A stretch of DNA of 62,475 nucleotides, counting the filler, from Choristocarpus tenellus KU-1152 (taxonomy: Eukaryota; Protista; Phaeophyceae): NCBI GenBank assembly GCA_964200185.2. It is 13 parts of 13 records of this genome, joined end to end, with 100 filler letters (N's around TTAATTAATTAA, not from the genome) between each part and the next. Parts side by side here need not be neighbours in the genome. Positions count along the whole stretch, not along the records: positions 31,246 to 41,861 come from CAXNAD020002830.1; positions 41,962 to 51,795 come from CAXNAD020003347.1; 11 more parts are not named here. One strand, written 5' to 3'. Shown piece after piece: positions 37,705 through 48,688 of the stretch (position 1 is its first letter; every line of letters starts with the position of its first letter). The notes beneath the pieces are model-generated. The model saw nothing but the letters and a program-made list of their open reading frames with translations. It had not been told where the DNA came from and did no database searches. The position numbers and the translations under genes were made by a program.

Positions 37705-40700
37705 TATTGAGAGGAGACATCGATCTCATCGAGCCCCACAAGGGGTTAACTACGGCTTGGCATCTGACGGCGCCAGTCGGCGCCTTGCCGATGGATGGAG
37801 CAGGCGAACCCAACAAGGATGACACAATCGACGTCCTGAAATGCTACCGTTGTGCACATGAGGGTTGCACCAACGTGCCTGGGTATGGGTACCACGGGCA
37901 ACCTCCTACATTCTGTAGCGAACATGGAGCTTCAGTTATGGTGGAGGTGGTGAAACTGCGCTGCGAATATCCCGAGTGCACTGCTCGGAGAACTTTCGGG
38001 TTCGATCGAGATAAAGCTCGACTATGCGAGAATCACAAGGTGGAAGGCATGGTCGACCTTATGAAACGGAGGAGCCAGGTGAGGAGTGAGGCGAAAGAGA
38101 GTTCGAGAGCGAGAATGCTGCCTTCTCGGCATATTTTGAGTGCTCTCGGCCAATCTACCGAAGGTCTCAGTATATGTTCGGAGAGGTTCCAATTCACAGA
38201 TGGTGAAAGCGCACTAATGCATAGTAGTAGTGGTTGACCCGTGAATACGAGGGATCTACTTGGACCTTGATGGTTTGTATTTATGCGCAATTCGCCTTAG
38301 AATGGCCTTCATAGAACGGTTAGCTAAACTCCTTCGGTTCCAACCATTGATAGAACTGGGCAACCGTTGGGTATCAATTTCAATGATTGTACATGCACCT
38401 GTGTAATCTGATAAACTTTGAAGCTGTTGTGCCGTGCCCATCTGGCGAGCGTGCTAGTTTGCCTTGGAACCTGAGCGAGACTCACGCTCTAATGGTGCCC
38501 ATGCCAGAATTGGTGTAAGGTCTCCACCATATGTAATGGGGTCCTTCTTTGACTGTATGTATCGTCAAACATGCTGTGGCTCACACAACTGATGTCGTGT
38601 CGCTGCTCATTGACTCTGCTCTCGAATAAGGTGGTCCGATGTTCCTCACAATGGTCTGTCTCTTGGTATCTCTTTCCAAATATCACTTCTTTCCGTTTTG
38701 TAGTTCAACATTACTCCTTCCACTGGGCGTGAGGTTTCCTTTCGTGGACTAGTCAATGGGCAAAGTCTATCGCTTCCTTCCGTTTTGTAGTCCAACAGGT
38801 CTCGTTTCTCTGGACGTGGGGTACCTCTTTGTCGACTGGTCAAGGGATAAAGTCGAAGGGTCGTCAATTGATCTCTTTCAGATTCTGACCCCTTCTCTGT
38901 CCCTGGTTTCCAAATATATTACCAGTGTGCTATGTCAAATTGCACCAAGTTGTCTACCTACGGTTATGAGGGCAGCCTTGCACGCTTCTGCTTCAGCCAT
39001 CGTACTGGGGGAATGGTGTATCTGAAGAATCGGAAAAGGTGCGGTGTAGTGAAAATAGTTCGATTGACCGAATTTTGCAAGTTAAGGGTTGTTACAATGT
39101 TCACTCATTCACGTAGAGAGAGTGTGTGTCGATGCACCTGTGCTATTTTTGTTTTTAAAGTTGTGAGCTGAGCGTTTGTCTCAAGTCTTTCATGTGTGTG
39201 TCAATATATGTTAGCATTATGTTGCTGCAGTTGAGACAGATTCGTGACAATTGTGGCTCGCCTTTCAAGGGTTGTGAAATCTTCAAACTGTAATGATGTG
39301 GTCATGTTTGTTTCCTACACATGTTGAGGCTTTGTAATGGGGACATGTGCAAGTGTGATAAAGCAGATAGGGTTTTTTCACTAGTCTTAGTATGCCTGCT
39401 ATGCTGCATAATATTCTCGACCATCCAGCTACTGGCGTGATACCAACTCATCCTTCAGGCTCGCTATTAGCGGGGTTACTGATCAAATTGTGTGAATCCA
39501 CCTACCTCAGTTACCTCCACAGCACCCCTGATCACTCATTGTTCTATCTCACTGTAAACATGTGGTGCTTAAACTTGCCTGTACAACTTTACACTACAGG
39601 TGTGATTATTATGAGTGCACACGACAGCCAACATATGGATATGATGGAGAAAGGGCCAAGTTCTGCTCGAGCCACAAGCTCGAAGGCATGATTGATGTGA
39701 AGAATTGCCGTTGCAAGCACCCCGGGTGCACTCGTCAACCCAACTATGGCCACGAGGGAAGCAGAGCCAACTTTTGTTCTTCACACAAGGGAGCAGGCAT
39801 GGTGAATGTTGTGAGCCGGCGCTGCGAGTTTCCGAATTGCAAGCGACAGGTGGGTTTATTGTTGATGTGAAGTATTTTTGACAATGTAGTCTTTTTTTTT
39901 GGACGACCCGTTCTATATTTTGAACTTGGCTTTTTTTTTTTCAGTGCTAGTGCTGTTTTGTTCGGATGCGGTAGAACAAAAACGTAGCTGTTCAGTTGTT
40001 TTTTGTGTTATGTGTGCATTAAAGATTTTAAAAATCACGATCTTTCTTCTCAACTTGTCTAGGTAATTTTATTTACATCGGCCAGGTTTTTTTGTTTACC
40101 AAGTATAATATTAGGAGTAATATTTACCAAACGAGCTCTAAGGTCAGGTTGTACCTACGAAAGAGACATGTAACTGATGATTACTTTTTTTTGCAAGGAA
40201 TAATCCGGAGGTATATTTTTTTCAATGGGTGTGAGATTGAACCACACACTGAAGGTTTGGTTTGTCAGTGAGAACAGACTTGGTGCTTCTCCCGTGTCTG
40301 AATTGTTATAATTGTCATCTATGCAAAAAGATTCTTCCAGTCTGCCCAGGGTGTCGCCCGTTCACTTCCCGACCAACCTGTACTGACATACATGTCATTA
40401 CTTGTCTTTTGCCATAAGCCATAGATGTATCCGCATTTTTTTTAATTCTGTGTACTCCATCCCCTCTGATTTCTCAACGACCATGTGCGCCCTGCCCTAC
40501 CTTAATCACCCTTCATCCTCCCCGCTCCTTCCCAAATGCACACGTGAAAATAAAGCCGATCTATGGGTTTGAAGGAGAAAAGGCGTGTTTTTGCCCGGCG
40601 CACAAGATGGTTGCGATGACTGATGTGGTAAATCGTCATTGTGAATTCAGTGGGTGTCTAAAGGCTCCGAGCTATGGGTATGAAGGAGAGAAGGCCCAGT

Positions 40701-41643
40701 TCTGTTCCAACCATAGGCTAACAGAGATGGTTGACGTAAAGAATAGACGGTGTGAGTGGGCAGATTGTAGACGCTACCCCATCTTTGGTCATGAAGGGGA
40801 GAGGGCGCAGTACTGCTCGACCCACAAGGCGGACAACATGGTGAACGTCAAGAACAGGCGATGTGAGTTCTACGGCTGTGTCAAGATCCCAACCTACGCA
40901 CATGAGAGGGATCGAGCTCGCTTTTGCTTTGCCCACAAGCAGCCAGGAATGGGCAGCATAAAGGCGAGAAAGGAGGCGGGTACCTCAAGCCCCACGGCTG
41001 GCACCAGCAGTGGTGTTCCCCAGGGTCCAGGTGGGATGGGTGGGAATGTAGTACCTGGCTTTGGTGGGGTGCCGGGAGCAGGGCTAGAGGGTTTCAGAGG
41101 AGGGCGAGGCACAGGGCTGGGGACAGAGGGTGGGGGCAGTCCGTGGGGGGTGGATGCTGGAGTTTTACACCCGCTTGGTGGGATGTCCATGCATGGGGGA
41201 GGGGGTGGTGTGCAAGTCCCGAGCATTGTAGCCCGAGGTGGTATAGGGGGAGATGTTGGGGGTGTTGGCAGTGGTGGAGGTCGTGGGGTGTTGAGTGTAG
41301 ATGGAAGTATGTTGCCGCAGGAGCGTTTTGGGATGGGAGGACTTTCACCACATCATGTGTTTGCACTTCAGCAGGAAGAGCAGTTGCGCTATCAGCGTAG
41401 GGCGGCGTTGGATGAGATGCAGCAGGGGGAACGGGAGCGCCGAGAGCGTGAACAGCAGGCCATGGTACAGCAACACATCCATCAGCTTCAGCTCTTGCAG
41501 CAGCACCAACATCATCAGCTACAACACCAACAGCTTGGTCAGGTGATGCCTGGTGGTGGTGGGGGAGGGCAGAAGCTCCCACTTGGGACGCAACAGTCGG
41601 GTGTTTTGCACCGGGGGCAGGGCCAGTCGCCACAACAGCAGTC

Positions 41644-41683
<40 letters not shown>

Positions 41684-41861
41684 CAGCAGCAGCAGCAGCC
41701 CAACAACCACCCCCAGTCCCATCCGCAGGACCTCCACCACTTCCACCAGCTTCAGCATGCCCATCAACTTGGGCAGCCTCTAACGCAATCCAACGTACCT
41801 TACAACTTTTTGGCCCCCCCCCCCCAAGAGCGGGGTCAAGGCCCTAGTGTTGGCAACAGTG
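37705..41861 (+). CDS. EsV-1-7 cysteine-repeat protein (9 repeats) with Gly-rich and polyQ C-terminal region; 3' end cut by linker
   Basis: Exons 37705-38078, 38926-39038, 39600-39849, 40556-41861 with matching phases (0, 2, 0); repeats C-x4-C-x3-P-x-YG-x2-G-x4-FC-x2-H-x3-GM-x-D/N-V. Confidence 0.92.
41645..41698 (+). repeat. Coding (CAG)n microsatellite, polyglutamine
   Basis: (CAG)12 GAG (CAG)5. Confidence 0.95.
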
Positions 41862-42037
41862 NNNNNNNNNNNNNNNNNNNNNNNNNNNNNNNNNNNNNNN
41901 NNNNNTTAATTAATTAANNNNNNNNNNNNNNNNNNNNNNNNNNNNNNNNNNNNNNNNNNNNTCCTCCACTCTTGCCCCTCCCCCTCCGTTCTCTGCCTAT
42001 CATCTCCCTTCTTAAATGCCTGCTTTTTTTTTTTCAG

Positions 42038-42959
42038 GACCCACACAACTTGGTGGAGGCACATGGCCATGAAGACTATGATCACAGCTCATGGTTTTCT
42101 GCATTTGTACCTCAAGAGGAAGATGGATGCTACCTTGACTCCACTGGGACCGGAGATGGGGATGGATTGGGGGGTGTATCTGCTGCTGGGGCACATGACT
42201 CCCCTGATGTGGTGTGCTGGTGGCATATGGAAGATGGACGGGTATTGGGAGTTCATGCTGGTGCGTGTTTTGTATGAAAACAAACGCCTGGAATTTCTCT
42301 TTGCCGGCTTGTTTGTTTTTTTTTTTTTTTTTTTGGGGGGGGGTGTGGGGATCTTATTTTATTTTTGTTTAATTTTAAGAAGAAAATTGTCGTTCATTAT
42401 TTAACTTTTTGTTGCTGAGGTGTTGTTTTCCGGAAAGTGTATTTTTGATTTATTTACTTTTTAACTTTATTTTGAGTGTATGTGTTTTTTTAAGTGGTAC
42501 TATTTTCGTTCAAGTTAGAAAAATAAATAATATTGTTTTTATTATTAGTATTGTATTTTTTTTGTATATATATGTCTAAAAGGAAAAAAAAAAATTACTC
42601 TTTGTGGATATTTCTCAAACTTAAAAAATATATATATGAAATATGTGTGTCTGAAGTAAGTGCGATCCAAATATTGCTGTCTTTTAAGGTTTTTTGTTTT
42701 GTGACTTAGCGAACACATATCTGTGAAATATTGATTATTGTTCTGGTGTGTTGGGCAAAAAATCGATGCCTTTTTTTTTTTGCTGAGGCAAAATAATAAT
42801 AATAATAATTATTATTATTATTCTAATTTTGTTACTAAAATGAGGTATTTTAGTAGCGTGTATTTTCAACAACTTTCCCCCCCCAGAATTTTGGAAGAGA
42901 TTGTGTTTCAAAATTTTGTGTAGACTTCGTTTGATTCGATTGGTTAGACCAAATATTAC

Positions 42960-43015
<56 letters not shown>

Positions 43016-46000
43016 TGTACATACATACCACTGAAGGTATACTGTTAATCCATGCCATCATTGAATTATTTTCATTTCATGACGTACGTACCCCCTTTGC
43101 ATCCCCATCATTGTAGCATTTGCTTTGCTGTATATAGTGGGGCACAGCTCGAGAATGTTAACCATTTTTTTATTTTTTTTGATGAGATAAAATGGGAGAT
43201 TAAAAATAATTATTTTTCTTACAAGTTCTTTTTATTTTTTCTGATTCGCAGGGTGGTGAATATATTCGTTGATATTGATTCAGTTGCTATCTGTTGTTCG
43301 TTTTTCTTTTGGGGAAATTTTAAAGAACAGAGTAAGATTATGCCCCCCCCCCATCCCATCCACTGATCCACTGATCCACTGATCCACCCTCTCCCTCATC
43401 TTCAAGACACTCAAAACATTTGCACTGTTTTCCTCTCACCTTCAATGATGTCGCAGGCATGCTTGTTGAGTATGATGCAGAGCTCCTTTCCCCACTGGGA
43501 GTGGTTCGTGACCGCAATCAGTTGAGGGACAGGGAGGTATGTACCCACCTTCGGAGGTGGTGTGTGGATGTATGTGTAAACATTTTTTTAATTTTGAGTT
43601 TATTGCATGCCCCACCGCGCCCCCCCCCTCCCATACGCATTGAGAGCTGGCTGAGTAGTGAGTGAGATAGTCAGTTTTTCCAAGTTAGTGGGCAGCAAGA
43701 GAGAGAGAGAGAGGTGGTACACTAGTGGGTTTGCTTTCGGGGTTAATGAGAATGGCACTCACGTACATCCATGTACATCCAAGAAAACATCGTTGACACT
43801 GCCCAGATGCAAAAAAAAAAATCATATATTTTGGTTTGGTGTTTTGTTTTCTGAAGTCAAGGTGGGGCAGATAAAGGAAGATTCTGGGAACGTGATAGTA
43901 ATATCATATTGGTGTATGGTAATGAAATCATTAATCGTGGTTGTCTCTTTGTGACCCTCCTGTTGTGCCCAGTTCTTTCCTGTTCAACCTGACAGTAATT
44001 GTAGTGGTTCACGAACTCCACATTAGAGTACTCATTTGTCATGGTAGTAATTGTCCATGTTTACATATACGTACGCTTCAAATATGGTTATCCAGAAGTG
44101 TGTGTTCCCCCCCCCCCTTGGAGGTCAAGGAGTTTTGGTTTTTCGTAGTGAGCATATATGTGTGTGATGTATGTATACATGTACATGGTGGTTGCCTACA
44201 CACACATACATACACACAACCTCACGCTCTGTGCAGGCATTTAATTATTGTGCCACTATTTGTTACGCTTGAGGGCGTTTTTTAACTACCCCGGGATATT
44301 TTTATTGGGTCTTTAGTCTCTTACTACTTCACTGTGATTTGATCGTCATCTTCACTCTAGAGCGTGGCTTTGTCCCAACCCGTGGTCAGAGGCGCTTCGC
44401 ACTGCACTGCTTCTCGGACCAAGTGCTGACTAGCTATTGGAATGCTCCTATTACGATTGCACTGGCTCTATGTGTGAATTGATTATTTCTCGTGCGTTTG
44501 GGTTCATCCGCCACACCGCTCTACTCTCCCCTCCTCTGTGTTATCTTGTGCTCTGTTTACCTTCAGCGTTGATCCTTGTTGAAAGTCGTGACCAGTTTGT
44601 TTTTGGTCTTTGGTGTGTTGTTGGTGTACACATATAGTGGTAGAACAGGATAAGTGTAGGTGTATGACCAATGTGTAGTGCTTGCCAATTAGTGGATTTT
44701 GAACCATCTAGGCCAGACTTCCTTGAAATGAAATTGTGGTTGTGCAGAGGTACGTATTGTCCTAGTATAGTATGGACCAGGTGCATGTGCACTCACACAC
44801 TCAGGTCAAGCCATACTCTCAAACACACAAAATCATAGCCATCATGTTTGGTGATGTTTGTCTCTCTCCACTTGTCTTGATGAATTACCAGGTGGTTGTT
44901 TTGGAGGGGGGGAAAGCAGCAATGCTGGTGCCGTGGAGAGATGATCAAGACAAAGAGTGAGTGACTGACTGATTACGCCATTACTTCCAGCAAAACCCTC
45001 TGAGGAGGAGGTGACAAAAAGGAGTGGGGGGCATATCGGATACCAAGTAGTGGTTCTTGAGAAGAGGCAGTATATTTGTAAAACTGTGTTCGTGTTATGG
45101 GTTAATGAGACTGATTCAGTGAAACAGTGATGGGTGTTTTTCTTTTTTTAATGTTTTTTGGGGGTCCTTAACTTCTATATTTTCTGTACTACTGTATAAT
45201 AGTACATGCCGTAATGTAAATGAAAAGGGGTTGCAAGGTATGAGGTCAATTTATTACTGACGCCCTTTTCTAACAAGAGGTAACCTGTGATAGCACACCT
45301 TCCTTCTGAGGTATATCTTCAAAGGACCCTTGACATCCAAAGCGTTTTCTTTTATGATGGTCGGTACCCTAATAGCTTGGACCAATATCGGTCCTCTACT
45401 TTTTTCTGACTGAATTGGGCCTTGTCTGGAGGCAATAGAGCACGAGCTCACTGGAGAACATTTAAATTATAAGAAAAATTTAGTCGATTCCACTTCTGCA
45501 CTCGCCAAAAAACCTGTCGATGAGGACTTCCTTCAGATTTATTTTTTTGCCAATTCTTTACTTTACTCTTGGTATCGTCAGAAAAAAAATGTTTTTTTTT
45601 AAAACTGTTTTATAGTGAAATGTTTAATGCCAACTTTTTCATGGTTCTCTTGAATGTGTATGTAAATTTCAAAAATGTGTTTCGGTTTGTTGTGCCTGTC
45701 GATGTTTGGTGAAAAGGTGGACCTATCTCTTGCAGTCTGGCCCTTGGTTCCAACAGTGGCCACTACCTAAAGGCATACAGTAGTAGTAGTATTGATATTG
45801 CCTGGTACAGTAGAGGTGCCTCACTCAGCCCACCAGCTTTCGAAGGGGGGGTGCTTTGGGGGGGGGTTAGTGCAGGAAGTGACCTTGACAAAATGTGTTG
45901 TTGAGCAATGCAGGCAAGAAAAAGACCTTCACGATTCCATGTGATGCAGATAGAGCATGTGATGAAAGTGGTGAATGCTGCTATGTGCCCTATCCCGTTA

Positions 46001-46880
46001 ACAATCCTACGCTTTCCTGTATCCAACCGAAGGTATTCTTGAGGGCAAACTTATTTACCGGAGTTTGTATACACATGCGTGAGTCTAGGTGATGAGGTCA
46101 TTTACTTCAATGGAAGTCCCAACACTTACCCTAAGTAAGCCTTTGCCTTATTCCGTTTGTATTTTAGATTCAGCAAACAGAGTAGATGATAGAAATAGCT
46201 AATTTACTGTATGTACGGTGTGAGCCAATCCAGTCTCCTTTGACCTAATAATACGATGTGCTCAGTTGTGGGTTTTCAGGTGTTTGATTTTTACAGGGTC
46301 GGGCCATGTCTCAGGTTGTTTTCAGTAGGCGGTTGATATTCGGTTCTTGCATGACTTGTGAACCGTTTTGTAACTTTCAAACTCTGAAGGTTTCATTGAC
46401 ATGAGAGAGAAGACTGTCATCTCCTGATTTTAACCTCCCCCCCCAAGAGGTTGTATTTTAGATGGGTTTTGAATGGAATGTGATAGCAGTGAAAATTTTT
46501 GTCGTATCTAATCAATGGGAACACCCTCCATGTACTATCCAAAGTCTAAGCCGTTCGATCAGTGTTGATACATACTATAATTGTTTGAATCAATAGCCTT
46601 CTCTGCGTACTGGTACACCAACCAGTTCCTGTCAATGTACTACCTTTGCCTCTGCCCGTTGAGCTCCATTTTTACCTCGACCTTTTGCTCCTCCTCCTTC
46701 ACCTCCTCCTCCTCTGGACATGGTGATGACTTGGGTCCTACCAGTGACATTGAGGTGATTCACCCCAATGAGGACGGAGGTTACGCCAAGGTTTTCCAGC
46801 GGAATAAGGCGGTGCGAAATCGTGAGAAGGAGCGCGAGGACCTGGCAAAAGAATGGCTTCGCCAGTCACGACAAACCTGA
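42038..46880 (+). CDS. Last four exons of a gene of unknown function
   Basis: Exons 42038-42260, 43457-43536, 44892-44956, 46745-46880, phases 1, 0, 2 match; ...WWHMEDGRVLGVHAGMLVEYDAELLSPLGVVRDR...VVVLEGGKAAMLVPW...IEVIHPNEDGGYAKVFQRNKAVRNREKEREDLAKEWLRQSRQT*. Confidence 0.85.
42963..43012. repeat. Intronic (CA)n microsatellite
   Basis: Uninterrupted AC run of about 50 bp. Confidence 0.95.
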
Positions 46881-48688
46881 TGATGCGGATACATGTGCAG
46901 AGATATGGATGCGCTTTTTGCGCGTAGGTTGTTCCTCTTGGACAAACGGGCATGGTCGCCGTGTATCTTGTGGATGTTGCGGGTCCTTCTGGGTTGCTGT
47001 GGTCGGAGGCAACTGGATCCCTGCCGTCTCACAGCTATCTACCAAAGAAGCTTTTTTAAAAAGGAATATGGCGGCTACTTTTTTTTTGTTCTTGCCCCTA
47101 CTGAGAAGGCTGTGTCCGAGAGACCTTTTCACCCTGCCCACCGTTACGCTCGCCCTTGTTGTCAGGGCTGAACAAGATATTGTTAGAATGCTGACTATTG
47201 AAATAATTGCTGCCCACATCTTGACAAGGACTAGAAGGAGGTATTGTCTGGTTGTGGATTTATCCCTGTATCTGTGATGCAGATTTGTAGGAGACAAGAA
47301 CACCTTACTTTATTGGTTACGGTGTTGTAGTCAGTGGTTGAGGGTACTAGGTGGTTTGCAATATGAGGGAGCTGAGAGAAGGCTTCGATGGTTAATTTGT
47401 TGTCTTGTTTTGCTGCCGTGATCTTGTAAATAACGTTGATATTTACTTCAAACCGAATGGCAATTCACCCAGTCTAGCTTGTTCTAATCTCTGGCGAGCC
47501 TATCGGTTCATGTGTGGTGGCATGTGGCTCTCCAGGGCTGCAAGTGTTGTGATTATGAGGTACAAGAGCGGTGAAGTGTTTTCTTCGCCTCTTAAGCTTT
47601 TGCTGTCTCTGTCCTCTCTTGTCGTGAAGCAGTTGAGTGTAGGTCTGATTTTTGGTTTTTGTAATGGAATTTAAATGCTCCACACACCTGTCACAGCAGG
47701 TGCAGTTGCATGTATGCACACCTTGGACAACGTAACAATCAGCATTTCCAATCAGCATTTCCCATGTCATGCCAGTAGCACTCACTCCTCCAGTTGAAAG
47801 CGCATATACCATTGTCATATGTTGCATCTGTCTTCGATATAAGATAGTCTTTTTTGTCAAAATGCACAAGAAAATAGAGCATTTGTGCTATATTAGAGTT
47901 GATTGCTTCACGCTTGATATTTTTTATCGGCATGAAAGATATCAAAAACCTCTTGGGCCGAACCAATTGGAAGTTAGGCAGGTTTGGACCCTTTTGCATT
48001 CTAACTCACCTTTCTTACCCTGTGCAATACACTCTATTTCATTGCTTTATATGCACAATAGTGTACACAAAATTGGTAACACCTTTTCCCCACACAAAGT
48101 GACATCACAATTCACCAAAGGCTTAATCCGTTGTTGTACAAAATCGCATCTTCTTGCCCTGTTCAAGAAGTTGATATCCTTAAAACTTGTGTATGTAAAT
48201 GAATTGATTCATTCCTTTGCGTTTTGGACAGGTTGTGGAGGAAGTAAGGAAGGACAAAGGAGGAGTGAACCTTCAAGCCCAAGAGGGGGGTTCTCTTCAC
48301 CAAATCTATCCTATTCTGTGGACCACTAATCACAGATTACTTGCTACAATATTTCCTGTTCCTAAACTCTTTTGTGTTTTAATTAATCAACCCATACCTA
48401 TTATTTCTGACAGAATCTACTTTTAACAGCTGATCACCAAAATGAATGATTGAGCAACGGCAAACAGAGGATACAGGAGTGTTGGGGGGGGGCTAGAGTT
48501 TGGTCATTCATGAATGGACGTGATTAGGAGGTGCGCGACCGAAGGTGGTGCAAAAACGGCAACCTTATTGTGGCAAACGTTGAACACACGACGGATTCAA
48601 CACTTACCTGCAAGGCCCATAGTCTTCTACACGACGTATTTGGGTGCCGCATTAGATAGGTTCGGACTCGGGAAGAAAAAAAATGTGT

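Noticed and set aside
37705-41861. Endogenous phaeovirus suggested by the EsV-1-7 domain
   Set aside because: The gene has spliceosomal introns and no viral core genes lie nearby
45254-48330. Protein-like fragments at 45254-45451, 45914-46032 and 47400-48200
   Set aside because: Cannot be spliced in frame with the host gene and have no convincing motif; probably old TE debris
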